Assembly (NCBI GenBank): GCA_050084515.1
Contig: CM114271.1
Location: 14,818,001 to 14,882,000 of the forward strand
DNA: 64,000 nt
From: Blasia pusilla
Taxonomy: Eukaryota
Reading direction: 5' to 3'
Below, in pieces: positions 26,362 through 41,800 of this stretch; the stretch's first letter is position 1; each line of letters starts with the position of its first letter. The translations under genes and the position numbers were made by a program. Below the pieces are notes generated by a model, which was not told the DNA's origin, did not search any database, and was given only the letters and a program-made list of their open reading frames with translations.

Positions 26362-28150
26362 TTTCCAAGGCCATCAGCATCATCTATTATGGATAGACAC
26401 AGTGCCTCTGATGGAATCTCCGGATTATCAATCGATAACCTCCTCCCCAAATGGTTGCATACCTCATTGTGTTCCTATATTATGCAATTGCTAAATTCAC
26501 TGAAATACCATGGGCATGACTCTTTGAAATATATCCATCCTCATAGAAGATGCTAGCATCTACTCATCGCGGTCATTGAGCTTCATTGTCTCACTAGCAT
26601 TATAAAAAATGAACATAGCTAAATTTGGCTCTTGCTGACAAAACAAAAAAGGATCCCATAGATGCTTGCAAGCTAAACCCATATCCCATCGGTAACCATG
26701 GTTGATGTCGATATTGATCTCCTAGATGACCTCCCTATAGACCATAGTTGTGAAATCCCCTTTTCACCATCTTGAGAACACACTCGACTAGACCATCTAT
26801 CTTAGGATGATATTATGATATCATATGGTGGTCGATAAACGCTTTATCACGGAAGATTTGAAACTCCCCGTAAAGCTTGAGGCTATGGTAAATCAACATT
26901 TTTGCTAGTGTCATATACTGAATCATGCTATTTGTGTGTCTTATATTCTATCGATTACCATTGAGACACCTAAATGGTAAGCTTGCTCACCATTTGCATC
27001 TATTATTGCCTTAGTGAGGGGGTTAGAGGGAGATGGGAAGGTACTATAAATGTACTATTCTTGTGGCATATGGTTGAAGTTGCATTAGGCTTTAGATTCA
27101 TTCCGCTTGCGTAACTTTAGGCTCGAGGAGAGAAGCTTGGAGAGTCCATGATGTACAATGAGTGCAAATTTTAGTAAAGCAATATGATATTGTTTAACCG
27201 TGGAGGCAACCTTTAGATAAGAAGTGATCCACGTATATCATATATGATTTATTTGAGCTATTGCCCAATTCTCCTCCAACAACTAAATACTTTGATGAAA
27301 AATTTATATATTTCTCCCTCACTTGCCATTTGGGGGAATGCAACAAACTCTATCCACTTCAAGAAGTTCTCGACCATCACCAAAATATATCAATTATGGC
27401 ATTTTGTCTATGAGTAAGGCCTTGAAATTTAAATCCAAAGTCCAATGGTAGCCTAAACTCATTATTGGAAGTGGATGCAACTGTACATGTGAAGTTGGAG
27501 CATTGAATGATATAATAAGAAAGCCAATGTGTCAAGCTTCCCTATAAGTTTGTTGGATCCCATCAACTGTGTCAACGGTTGATCATCAAGGAGTTACCAA
27601 AAAAGAAACATCTAAAATGAATGATGATCCACACTATAGTGAAACACTCTCCCTTATTCAAGTTTTATTTCACCTCATCAACATTTTTTAGCGGCTAGCC
27701 TAAGCCACAACAAATTCTCTATCCTCATCGTCATGTTGAGTAAGAACTGTTCCAAATCTCATTAGACTCCTATGCGTATCTATTTGGAAATTATCCCTTG
27801 TAATTGGTCTGTGCAAGATAAACTTGGCCTCCGATAATTCCTTCAAATTTATAAATACTCTCTCTTATTCATCTCCCCACTACCACTTTTGATCCAATTT
27901 TGTAAATAAGGTTAGAAGTTTTGCAATCGCAATGAATCTCTTGACGTACTATCAACATAAGTTTTCCAATTCCATGAATGCACAAACTTGACTCACATCC
28001 ATAAGGCATGTAATGCATGAGATAGACCCTACCTTATTTTTATGAACACCGATTCGACTTGGGTATATCGTATGACCCCAGTTATCAATATGGTCACTGA
28101 AGAACTTACACTTGTGTGGATATAGCTTCACCTCATGTGACTGCAATGTA
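26362..28150 (-). pseudogene. Highly degenerate Ty3/gypsy pol remnant (RT end, RNaseH, integrase), related to the PHD family
   Basis: VKLYPHKCKFF...GHTIYP...DVSQVCAFM at 27960-28140. Integrase-like MSLGYHWTLD and VENFLKWIEF at ~27340-27470. 26385-26460 resembles 4050-4120. Confidence 0.75.
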
Positions 28151-29499
28151 AATAGCTCTACAAGGTATTGCTCATCACAACGCAACAATTGGCGGTACGT
28201 TGCAGATACAGACATCATGACATGATACTCAATCAAAGTAGAGTGGCTACCAATCACTATGTATGGTAGAGAAAAAGTTGAAACTCAAACCTATCAATAA
28301 AAAAATAATCTACCATCATAAGGTCGCCAATGCATGCTTATTTGGTGAATATTGATCAATAATGAGACAAGAGTCCTAGTCACGATAACAAAAATAGCAA
28401 TGAATGATGACCAATGACTTAGAATTGTAGATGGTCACTAGTGTCGCATGGCCATATCCGACAACAATGAAAAAAAAAAAAAACACGGCGACGGGCGAAA
28501 AAGTGGCAATGATGATGGCTGAATATTTTGTACGGAGGCCCTTAAAATATCAACAACAAGCCTACAGTGGATGATGATAAGCTGAAAGGTTGGTGTGTGG
28601 TTGACTAATGGGGAAAATGAAATAATGACACTTACAAACGAGGAGAAATGGGGAGGAGAAATGGGGAAAATAGATCGATGGAATAGTGATGTGTGCAAGC
28701 ATGTATACACTTGTCAATATAGGCCTAATGCAAAGGCGACCAAAATTTGAGTGGAGGGAAAACTAGGTCAGTTGCTATGCCATGAGGTCATGAGTATTGC
28801 GACTACAAGGTGACGTTGATTGAGATATGCTTTTAAAAAATGGCATATTGGTAGCCAATGCTTCTTGATATGCTGTTGAAATCCACTCCATGCAGTTGGG
28901 ACTATGAGGGAAATAAGGGGAGGGTGTCTTGAAGGTGCCCCCCTCCCCTTGATCTCCCAATGCCCTTTTTTCATGAACTACTTAAGGTTCCCCTACAATT
29001 TTGGGTCAATATCTCACAAAATAATATTTTACTCACAACCCCGCACAAAAGTGTTTTTCCACTCCACTACCCTCCAAATTAAAATGTGAACTTTTCACTC
29101 AATATATGACCCTTCAAATAACTATGTACCCCAAAAAATCTCTATTTTTTTCTACCACACAGCAGAATTGGTTGCCCTACACGCCCAAATCAAAATAGCA
29201 TGTCGTTTGAATGAAAATATGTATGGCTCTGTATACTCCAATACCAAGACCTCAACACTCAAGTAAGGATTGGTATCTACCATTGGTAGCGATTTTTGTT
29301 CATTCTATGCCCCCAACTCCAAGGATTTTAGACTGAATTTTTCTATAAAACTCAAAATCTCTCTAAATACATAAAACAAAGCATCTTTCTAAATAGTAAG
29401 ATCCTAAAATAAGATATAAATGAGCCCAAACTAAGGAAAATCTTCCACTTGTACATCACTCCATTCCTCAATAGATCCTCCTCAACCTATTAAGCTCAA

Positions 29500-32400
29500 C
29501 CTTTGGTCCTCTCCAAAGCGTTACGTAGATACACTATGATCTGCTACAAAAGACTTGATATGTGAACATGTTGTTTGAAGAGTATAGTAAGTTGAAAAAA
29601 ATGTTTGTCACATCTTAGTTAGCCGACATGACAAGATATAACATATTTATGGCATAGAGAGTTAATGAGTTGTTCGAGCATACATTTTTTTGGGAGTTTT
29701 CAATTGAAGTTAGCGCACGACAACTTTGTTGCATCGATATTTTTTTTAGGACTTTCCTCCTTGTTTGCTATTTTGGGCCATGTGATAGATTGATCAAGTC
29801 AATGATCACTTGATAAATTATGTGCATAAGTTAGTGGTTTAGGGCTATGGAGGGGATCCACATGAGAACGTGTATAGGGATGAGAGCAAGCGTTGCTCTG
29901 TTAGACAAAAAAAATGCACATTCGTGGCAAGGCTGGATGGAGTAGTGCCTTAGGCAAGAGATGAAGGTAGTTAGGCCATGACATTAGTTTTAAAGAGTAA
30001 CCATATTAGGAGGTATGTGGGTTGTGGTATCAAGTCGACGGACACGGATAGACAGGGATGAACAAGAGGCACGTAAGAGTCGAGGGTGAACACACGTAGC
30101 CCAGATGGATGCTAGACAAGCAGAGAGTATAGAAGCCAAGGATTTTTACCACGGATGAAGGTAGTAATGATGAGCCTTGCCAAGCTAGGTCCACATAGGT
30201 CCTCCTTGATGGAGTTGAAAGAGGATGTGCTTAACGGGCCCTACGGGCCCGCATTTAGGATTCCATACGTGAGAGCAAATACAAATCTTGGAGCCAAGTT
30301 GGCACCATAGGGAGATGTGTGGATGGAGGACTTCACAAAGATAAAATTGTATAAATAGCCAGCAGGTGCACGTGAGACAAATGGAGTTGAGAGTTGGCAA
30401 AAAGGGATGGTAAAGAGACATTGTCAAAAGAATTGGAAAGGAGCCATGTTGGCTTGGGTGGAGCAGTTGGCCACATAAGAGTCCGATGGAGATAGAAAGA
30501 GTGGAGAACTTAGGTAGACATGCCCTTATGTGCATAGGGAAAGTTGAAAGGGTGTTGGGGATAAGAAGGAACCGATGTGAATGCACTGAGTGAGTTGGAA
30601 GTGGGGTCGTTGGTAGGATAGCCACATAATGCGATCTAACATTGCACCATCGTTAGTTGGGTTGAATGAGGTAACAGTATAATGCAATAGGCCAAGTTAT
30701 AGAGTTAGAGTGAGTAGCTACGTAGTAGGCTGGATTGAGGTGGTAGCAAGAGGTCTCTTGGAGAGATTGGCATTGATTTTTGCAAATTGGTGTTTCTGAT
30801 AGTACATCATGATTTGTGGCAAGAGATTTGCCACCCACTAAGAGTTGTTGAAGGAGTTACAATTGGCTAGCACCATGCCGATTGTGGTCAAGATGGGCAA
30901 TACGCACAGAAGGTCCATGACAAGGTCATTGGCAGAGGTGGTGACACATACGTCGATGCCAACAAGTAGTGTGCATTTTTTTATGAGAGGTTCGACTTGC
31001 TATTCAAGGAGATTTTCACAACACATGGAGCACATATAGTTCCCAGAATAGTAGAGTGATGGTGCGCGTGTTGAGGTTATCCATCCGAGCCCTATTCCCG
31101 CACTTGTCTCTTTCATTGAGGGTGTTAGGTATAGGGTAGCGCTTGTGCTAGATGGGTGTAGTTATGGTATCATAGAGTGATGGGAGCAAAGGAAGTCCAC
31201 CATAGGTACATGGTTTTGGATTGAGAGTTGCGGATGAGAAATTAGGATGTGATGTTGCTTCATACAACCATCTTGAACCAAGTCCACATTCAAAGTGATC
31301 TTCAAGTTGTGTGAGCAAATTGAGCTTAACATGGATGAAGAGCATGTTGTAACCATGAGAATCCCATGAGAGTCAATGGGTCTAAGAGTGTAAGTTGTCC
31401 CATAAGTGTCCTAATGTGCATGAATACCACGAGAGTGGGTTGGTGTGCCTAAAGAGTAGAATGACATCATGAGCCCACAAGGCAACCACCTGTACATACA
31501 TACATTGGTTAGCAGGGATCAATTTTGGTTTGTTGGCAGAGGGATTACAGATAGAGTTCAAAGAGTGCCTTATATGCCTTAGGAGCCACCTCACATGACA
31601 CCATCATAGTCATAGTAAGAGAATTGTCACCAATATGGTCATACAAGGGATAGGTTTTTCAAGTGTTGCCTAAAGGTATGTCTAGAGGTAGGCAGAGGGT
31701 CTTGGGGCATGAGAGTTGGTGGAGGTTGAGGAATAGATGACCGTAGTGGTAGAGTTCCACTACTTGTATGAGGTAATGGAGGACGTGCACTTGATGCAAT
31801 CCTCCTCACTCACATTGATCAATTGGAGCACATGATTGTTGCAATGACAATGACACAATGAAGGATGGACACAAACCCAAGGGCATCCAATTTAGCTTCA
31901 TCCTAGCCTCGACATTATATTGGGATACAAGGAAGGACTTATTTGGTATGGGATTCATGTGTGGTGTGGCTTAGGTAGATACTCATGCTTGAGTGACTCG
32001 AGGTGCTATGAAAGGGACAAAGCCATCAAAGGGTGGGGTTGAGATACATCCACATGAGGGGATCGATGGGTGACCAACCACTGTTCCCTATTCATTCACG
32101 TTATCACAAGTACTATAAATACCATCGATGGTATTAAAACAACCAACAGTTCCCTCATGTGGGATGGATACGTTGACATCAACAGGAGTTAAAGATGAAA
32201 CTCCTATTTTGGATTAGGTGGAGCCAATCAAGAACTTTGATGGGAATGGCCATACCAATGTGTTACGCTCCATTGTTTTTGCAATGGTCAAACTTAGCGA
32301 TAGTAGGAGTTGGACCAACATAAGTATTTTGGGTGGCTTCTATGTTGTGTGAGCATGGAGAGGTTATTGCTTATTGTAAGGAGATAGTAGATAAGGAAGT

Positions 32401-33210
32401 GGTGAATCTGCCCTCATAATAAGTGCTAAGGACGTTCCCCATTGATTTGGGGTAGGTTGGCATATATTCTAGTTAGACCCGCAATAGAGCGAGCCATGGT
32501 GATACTAGATATGATGTTTTTAGACAACCAAAGCAAGGTGTTTTGCATGGTAAGTCATACACATACAATATACCTCTTGCAGTGCGTCCTACTTGATGAA
32601 GGAACATAACCCTTAATGTTAGGAAAGGTGGTGTGTTAAGCGTTTGGATTATGGAAAGGCAATATGGAGCCATGTTCCTTCCAGATACAAATCTCCATTG
32701 GGAGTGTGTCATCCACAAAGTTCAAAACTTGACAAGAATTTGTTTTTTTATTCCATCCAAAGAATCCTTAGATAGTGCAATGGTGTGCACTCATACCATT
32801 TTGACCCCATCATAGTCATACAATGTGTTGGTAGAGAGTATAGTATTATTTCGCTTGGTTTCTTCCTTGATATTTGGGAGGAGATGGCTTATGATCGAAA
32901 AAGATGGTAATCATGTTATGGTTGGATGAGCCATCTACCAGTGTGGTTTGCAAGACGTGATGGTTATGGTGGTGGTCCATGAGATGACATAGTGACCACC
33001 TTGGAAAATTTCACGATAGTGTTAGTTGACTAGGAGAGTTTTTGGAGGGAAGCACCTATATGGAGAATATCTCGATAATCGATAGTCCCACACAGAGATG
33101 TGCCATATTGGATGTCTTTTTCTCTGGAATGGGGAGCTCTTCAATATTATGGGGTACGAACATGGACGTGTAGATTGAGGAGTGAGGCCAACTCGATCGT
33201 GTGCCTTTAT
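29500..33210 (+). mobile_element. Probable very old LTR-retrotransposon remnant
   Basis: Only weak integrase-like text (LTRICFFIPSKES). 33165-33205 resembles 5155-5196 of block A. No clear domains otherwise. Confidence 0.3.
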
Positions 33211-33579
33211 TTTTTAGCAGACTAAATTAGATGATGGTCATGCTCTTGAATTAAAGAATTTATGCTCTTGACACAACACCTCTTATGTGGGAGTTTTTGG
33301 AAGAGGGTGTAAGAGTTCTTAATCTCTTGAAAGGCATCAACATTAAGTTAGTTGGGATGTTATAGGTTGACATACAGGTTCATTAGTACCTCTATATTGA
33401 GAGAGATGAGATCGCACGACCTATCTTATTATGCCATGTGGATGAGACAATTTATTCAAGCTTGGCATTGATTCCCGCAAGCTTAAGATGTATATTATAT
33501 GGATATGTAAGGGGTGCAATAACCATGTTAGTATGTGATGGTTGTTTTAGAGGGTGACACATATTGAGTCTAAGCCCTA

Positions 33580-34430
<851 letters not shown>

Positions 34431-34456
34431 CCTTTGGTGGAGGGGGTCACTATATG

Positions 34457-35530
34457 AAAGGCTCCACATCACCTACGACGCTTTTGGGTCTAGACCCCCT
34501 AACTTATAAGTGAAAAATAAATTTTTTTCACCCTTATGTACTTTAAAGGAATCATTTTTCAGTTTTGGTACCCCTAAAATTCTTTAAGTAAAGAAATCAC
34601 TTGAAATAAATAAGGCCTTGAAAGAAAAGAAAAGTACCAAGTTAAGTTAACATCCAATTTGTTGTCCTTACACTATGGTAGAGGGAGGTTCAACCCCTAA
34701 TTGAGGAAGAAGCTCAATCATCCAATCTATCATCCCCCTAGCCTACTCCCTCCCACTAACCTACTCACAATTCAACACTGTCAAGTACACTCTAAGCACA
34801 ATCCACAAAATTATTGAATCCAACATCTCTCAAACATAAAAAAACCTCTCTAAGAACAACTCACATTCTGAATGTATGTAGTCAAAGCATGTAAGTCAAC
34901 AGAATCAAGTATATATATTTTATCTTGTACCCCTAATTTCATTGTCAAGTTCACATTAGAAATCACCATTTCAATATCAATCCATTGCATATCTATTGCA
35001 TCAAAAGTGAATAAGGAAGGTTTTTTTTGTTACCATGGCCGAAAGACTTGTACCAATTACACATGACACGACAAATGCTTCCCTTCTATCTAGGAGGAGG
35101 TACATGCATGTCCATCAAGGCCAAGGCCCTATGATGTCTTGACCAATGTTTACCATTCTTTTGAATCATAAACACAATACGCCCCAACCAATACTCCTTT
35201 TTTGCAACTCTTGCCTCCAGTGCAAGTTGTGTCTCTTTTCCCTTCATTTTCTTTGACTTTGTTGATCTTGTGGAAGGGCCAACGTCTGACCTAGATACAA
35301 ACAAAATTGTGATATCACTACCAACATCAACCAAACAAGTTGGGCAATTAGGATCATACTCATTTTTCTTGCCAGTAGTGTAAAATGTCTTTTGGGCTAT
35401 TCGAGTTAGCCTGTCCTTTGACATGAAAGGATTACAAAACAATTGATTTACAAAGGTGGATTTATATATAATCTTGCCCTCATAAGTTATAATAGGCACT
35501 ATTGTATGGGGAATCGCCAAAATAGTCAGT
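34457..35530 (-). mobile_element. Inverted copy of the 3' ~1.07 kb of the P-like transposase element
   Basis: The reverse complement aligns with ~43110-44181. ORF 35086-35520 (AIPHTIVPIITYEGKIIYK...KKEYWLGRIVFMIQKNG) matches ORFs 42923-43505. Confidence 0.93.
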
Positions 35531-35894
35531 TTTTCTTGACAACCATGCTCATAGAGAGTTGCAAATTTTCAAGTGTTTATGGAGAGCTCAAAGATTAGAA
35601 TATGATTGGCAAAAAGCAGAAAATTTTGATTCGGTGATCACACTATACACAACTCTCCACAAGAGACAACATTGGTTTAAGCTTTCAACCACATATTTCG
35701 TGTTGGAAAATTACGAGCGCAACTAAATATTACAGTTAAGTGCTCGTCCAAGATTGGCGCATGGTGGCATTATGAAAGGCAGGTGCATTGTGGCTTTGTG
35801 GAGAAGTAGAGGATAGCAACGGAGAGATGGCAAGGAGAGGAAGATTTTTGTTGGGCGCATTAGGTTGCAAATATCTCTCTTTTATGACCAAATC

Positions 35895-35896
<2 letters not shown>

Positions 35897-35991
<95 letters not shown>
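35897..35991. repeat. (GA)n microsatellite
   Basis: About 95 bp of perfect GA repeat. Confidence 0.95.
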
Positions 35992-35993
<2 letters not shown>

Positions 35994-36400
35994 TCTAGTA
36001 TCGTAGGATGTAGATCCAATTGGAAAAAAAAATGCCTTCAGTTGCTTCACAAGCAGTGTTAGTCACCACAGATCGAAGAAAGCTTTCAACCTGTCTGCTA
36101 TTTAGGAAGAACTCGACAGAGGATTGATCGAAACTTGCTCGATCATCAAACCTCCCTACATCCCGCATGCAACTTGCTTGGAAGTTCCTCTTATGAGCGG
36201 CCTTTGTTCGTCTTTCCTTGGAAGGTTTTTCCCTAAACCCAAACCCGATTCAAGTCTTCTTGGGAGAAATAGTGGGAAAATAGTTAAGGGGGAAAAACCA
36301 TTTAAGAAAAAGCTATCGATTTCCCTCTAAATTTTTCTGCAAAGAATCAAAGAATTTCGTACTTAGGGAAGAAAATTCTCATATGAATATTAATATAAAT

Positions 36401-37081
36401 AAATTGTATGCAATAAATAATCAGTATATATATTTTGTGAGTATTAATCCTATCTTATGTGAACGTCTCCCATGGAAGCGCAACTAATATAAAGATCCTA
36501 TTGTTCTTTTAACATCACCATGGAATGAATTGAACCCTATTGTTCTTCCACAAAACTTAATAAGTCTTTTGAGGGACGTAATTAAAAAAACCCCTTACTT
36601 TGTCGTACGTGATGGGGCATATTTGTGGAAGTGAGACCCGAGAGACAACAACTATCACATCTTTGCTAGTGGACAATAGAGTTCTACCATCTCGTCGACA
36701 TAGAAAGTCAATAAGATACTTATACATAACTTTTTCGTGAGGCATCGGATAAGGTTTGCGACAACTCCATTGCATTGGGATTTCATTTTTGGAAAATTTC
36801 CCCTCTTTTACTAGTTTGGGCTAGGTGACATATTGATTGAGTCCTTGAGGGTCTCACTTCCAAAATACCCCATCATATGCAACAAAGTAAGGGGTTTTTT
36901 AACTGCATCTCTCGGAAGACTTATTAAGTTTTGTGGAAGAACAATAGACATTAATTCATTCCATGGCGCTCTTAAAAGAACAATAGGGTCCTTTTTTTTA
37001 GTCCTCCTTCCATGGAAAACATTAAAATAAGATAGGGATTATACTCGCAAAATACATCTGATATATGTTTGCATAAGATTT
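36401..37081. mobile_element. Foldback/MITE-like element with ~240-bp imperfect inverted arms
   Basis: About 36401-36640 is the reverse complement of about 36849-37081, e.g. CTATTGTTCTTCCACAAAACTTAATAAGTCTT vs AAGACTTATTAAGTTTTGTGGAAGAACAATAG. Spacer is ~200 bp. Confidence 0.8.
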
Positions 37082-38374
37082 GTCCACTAGTCATTTATTC
37101 AATAATATGCTTGTCAAACCTATATATATTGAAAACTTAATATAATATAAATTAGGTTCTTTAGATTAAAAAAATCCTTTTAAATTTTATGAAAGGAGGT
37201 TTTCCGAGGTTTAAGGTTACAGACTAGCATGGAGCACGGCCGCCAATCAAAGATTGAGCAAGTGTAACAAGCAGGTTGCATGCGTTGCGGCAGGCTCATA
37301 TTCGCATTAAAATTTGGTATGCATTTTTCATATCTCTCCCCTTTCTTTGCTTGATTTTTTTTCTTTCATTTGAACTATTCATTTGAATCTATTTGCTACT
37401 AATGTCGGTCTTACAACTTATGAACATTGCAAGCTGCAGCCTAGAGTTGATTGGATTTATCGTGCGCGCTCGCAAATGGTTATCAAGACTTTGCTGGTGG
37501 TGGAAAGCTTTTTTCTCCATTCGATAAACTCGTAGGCCATAAAAATCGTTACTCTTGTTTTGGTACGTCGACCCTCTCCAATTTTTCTAGTTTCGCATCT
37601 CTCTCTCTCTCTCTCTCTCTTTTTTTGCCTTTCTCATCATTATTATGAATTTCTCTCTACAAGGAGACCACTCTGTACAAGCATTCTAGCACATGCTGGC
37701 AGTTGTGGAAGCTAGTGTCGCTTACTCTCTTCTCCACGGACTAATTGGAGGAATCGTCGGGGATCTGGGGAAGCACCATCACCAACGCCGCCGTGAGTTG
37801 TGCTTGGAACACTGCCTGAACTACTACTTGTGAGTCATCCATCAACCTTAAAACCCTGCGTACTTGTAGAAGAGGAATTTGATTCTCATACAGCCACATG
37901 TCACCTTTCTTGTCCTCTTGAGTAACCTGAATGCAAACGCCTATGCTGAAATAACTAAGCTAGACACACCTGAATTGTTCATCACTTGAACATATGTTGG
38001 GGGATATCAATAAGCTGAGCTAAGTAGTGTTGCAAAGAGCTTCTTGCTTGATGCTTGGAAGCTTTGTTCTAACACCCTCTATGGTCAACAACCGCTCTTT
38101 ATGAGAGTCTTCCTCCTCTGATCTCGTATCTTCTTCCCTTGTTCCTCTCTCTACACTTATCCATTTTGAGTACTCGGGGAATGGTAAGAAATAGAGTTTG
38201 AAAGTGCCAAATGCAACCTGATTGATAGATCTCTCTAAATTCCTTCCCTTCTCGCAAAAGATGTGTGAGAAACACTTCCCTGTCTCATTGAAGAAACTCT
38301 GACATTCAATTCAATGTGGGGAGAGAATATTACTGCAGAATGGGGGACCAGACTTACACTAGCCTAGCCTCAAC

Positions 38375-38704
38375 CAAGGTTGCATGTGGAAAAAGTCCGT
38401 GTCCGTGGACATGTCCATGTACGTGGACTTATGTCCGTCCTATGGAAGGACTTGTCCATATGGGCCCCACCCTTCCATTATTTCTCATTCCCCTTACTTG
38501 CCTTCATGTTCTACACTGCCCCATTTCTTCCTCCCTCCACCTCCATTCCCTCCTCCCTCATTGCTCCTCTCGTCCTTGCCTTGCCTTCCATCATAGACTA
38601 AAAGTGCGGGTCCCACCTCTTGGAACCCATGTCCGTGGACATGTCCAGAGTTGTTCGTCCATGTCCGTCCTAAGGAAGGACTTGTCCGTTTTTGTGCAAC
38701 CATG
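38375..38704 (+). mobile_element. 330-bp non-autonomous TIR element (hAT- or P-type MITE)
   Basis: TIRs CAAGGTTGCA/TGCAACCATG (9/10 match). 8-bp TSD GCCTCAAC/GCCTTAAC (7/8 match). Subterminal GTCC(A/G)T repeats. A second copy lies at 26036. Confidence 0.85.
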
Positions 38705-38899
38705 GCCTTAACTAATCAACCATTTACTCTTATTAGATTCCAAGATGGGTGTGATGGTGACTTGGGTAATCAGACTTCGGGCCGATTGCTCACCTATTTC
38801 TATATTAAGTTTGATCTCTTTCAAGGGTACAATTGGTGTGACCCAATGAAGACCTGATCAGGGTATTAAAATATCAAGGGGACACTCAATGTCTCAGAC

Positions 38900-41800
38900 A
38901 TTGAGTTGCGACAGTGTAGTCCCCATTTGTGTGCTATTTGCGATTTCCATGGAGATCTGGTGATTTGTGATGGGCCTTGCCATTGAAAATTTCACCATGT
39001 TCACAGAGTAGGCCAGACGGTGTCCCATTGCCTTGTCGTGGTCATTCCACTCGACAAGGTGTGCGACCCTTGGTATTTTCCCGAGTGTACCTCGGGGACA
39101 TAAAAATGTTTCAAGTGTGGCACAATGGCTTCCATTCAAACTAATATCATACAGTGCTCCCAACCGTTGTGTTTGGTTCTTTTGTCATGGATGCTTGCCT
39201 CTTGATGTGCAGTCTTGCCCCCTTTATACATGTGTGGCATGCAACATGCCGCATCGCGACGAGCATCTAGCAAATGTCATCCAATGTTTGAGATGTCCCA
39301 AGGCATGGCATCTGGGTTGCCTAGCAGCAAGCAAGGAAGAAGGTTTTGCACCTGGTAGAGAATCTTGGCGCCATGTTGCACATAATGAGACCAGATGGAT
39401 GATTTATTTCCCTGATCATCCAATTGTCCTCACACTAGGAAATGCAGATTATCATCATATCTCTTGGCTTTAATTTATGAACAAGATAAATACATTTTGG
39501 AGGTCCATAGAGGCAGTTGCAATTGTATCCTCACATTCATCTGTTGCTATTGTATATATTGTAGAGGACACAATTTTTGGGTCTCAATCACATACAAAAG
39601 CCACAACCCAAGAGCAAATAGTCAATACATCGCCTATCACGGGTTCATTTGAGTCACGCCTTATATCTGAGGTAGCAGCAAAGAGTTGGAATGAGGACTG
39701 GAGCAAGCTTAAAGATAGGGTAAAGTGACAAGGATACAATGGGCATAAGTGGAGAGTTCGAACCTAGGATGAGGGGCAAGATGTCCGAGGGCACCTAGAG
39801 TGCTTAGAGTGTCAAGAGACTTATGGGAATGCAGCTAATTCCCACATTTTGACATCAATTGCAAATTATTTTAGCAATTTCAAGACTTAGCATCTCAACT
39901 ACCCAAAGTATAAGGAGAAATTTTGTAAGAGACGGGGTTTGCCTAGTACATTGATTCTCCCAACGACATTATACAACAACCTCTATGGGATCATGAACAT
40001 CAAATTGCCACAGGTTTAGGAATAGTTGAGAAAATGAATGCAGAGGTTGGGGATGAGGCAATTGTGTTCTTTGTGACACCATCTATCACTGATATGCAGT
40101 TTGCACAGAGGTCATACCTGTTCAAGGTATGATGTATAATTTTTGGCAAGTTGCACACAAACATGTGCCCAAGAAAGACCAATTTGGAGCATAATCTACG
40201 ACAACACTTGGTTAGTCATGATCACTTGGATGCTCTTGACTCTAGAGAGATCACTGCCCAACTTGGGTTGAGGTCTGGGAAGAAGGGAAGACCAAAGAAT
40301 CCAGATCCTAGGGATTTCTTTCCATCTCAGAATTATATTACCAAATTATTTAACCTTTACGGCTTCAAAGAAGGAACCAGTTAGGAAAAGGTGGGTTTGC
40401 TTCCTCCATTGATCTTGAACTAAGTTTTCTTTGTTGGGGCTTATGGGAGTCAAACGTCTAATGGAGAGGAGGGTTGATGGATGTGGAGGCCATACTAGAT
40501 GATCAGAAAGGAGGAACTATTTGGGACTGTGAGCTTACCACTTCAGCACAGGTGTTCAATCCAAGTAGTAAGTCAATCGTATGTAATCATGATTTTTTTA
40601 GGCACAAGCTTTGCTCTAGATTTTCTAGTAATGGGGGAGGATTTGAGAACCTCACTTGTAGTCATTATGAATCCATTAAGCAAGAGGATGATTTTCGTGG
40701 TTGGGAGCATAGGGAAGCGAAAGCTTTAGTGCATAGAGGAGGCAGATCAACTCAAAGAGGGATCGCCAGGAAGTACTTGACCAAGACAAAGTTGAGGGAG
40801 CACGTGGGAAATTTGAACACTCAATTTAGGAGACAACGTTGGCTTTTGGCACAATAGTCATAAATAATTTGTGCCTTGAGTATTAGGATGAAGAAGCTTG
40901 AAGACATGTTAGGAGTAGCTACAGATAGGAAAGATTTAAGACTATTTCTTAGGAATGTAGAAAATGGGCATAGGGATGGGGCATTTGGTGGTAAGGAGGG
41001 GTTGTGGAATTTCTTGAAAGATGTGGCTAAGAATTTTCATAGAGTGGCCAAGGGTTATCGTTATAGTAAGAGAACCAAATCCTTTTCCCAAGCCATGTTC
41101 CAGTTTGGTGGCCGACAAGTTGCCCACTGCTTTCACGAAAACTTGGGAGGGCTAGGTCTGAAGACCTTCAAATGTGATAGAGCAAAAATACCACCCTTTA
41201 GAAATGGGTTGCGAAAAGAGATATTCCAAGATATCTCCCGAGTACACCTTGCATCAAACAAAGTACCTGGAATCGAGGGAAATGTGCATGTTATGTTTGC
41301 TGAGGATGAAACAAGGATAAAAGAAAGGCCAAGGTGTGTTCGAATCTCTTGAGATAGTTGGCCTTGATATGTATATATATATGCACTATCATGTTTGTCA
41401 TATTACTTTGAATATTTATCTTTAGCCAAAAGAACACACATGCTCTTTTGGCTTGGAAGTACTTTTTGGGGAAGGTAATGAAGGGTATGATAAAATTGTG
41501 ATAAGTATGCCAAAGGTATGTATGCTAGAGTAGTAATTGTGAATCCTTTGCATGAGAAAATGCCAAAATTGGCTTTTTATGCCACCGCAACTTGAAATCG
41601 ATTCAAAGCAGATTGGATGAGGGAGCATTGGGTGCAACTGAAATCCATGTGGGATGAATATTGCAGAGCACATATTGGTCCTCTATTGGAGCATGCTAGT
41701 GATGGTGATGCTCGTTGTAGGAAATTAATGACGGAAGATTATACTGGTGTGAATGGTTCTTTTCCAAGGTACAAAGTAGGGTGTGAAGGATGGCAGTACT

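Noticed and set aside
38395-38695. Short GTCCGT/GGACAT repeats resembling a repeat-spacer array
   Set aside because: Irregular subterminal repeats of a MITE in eukaryotic DNA, not CRISPR.
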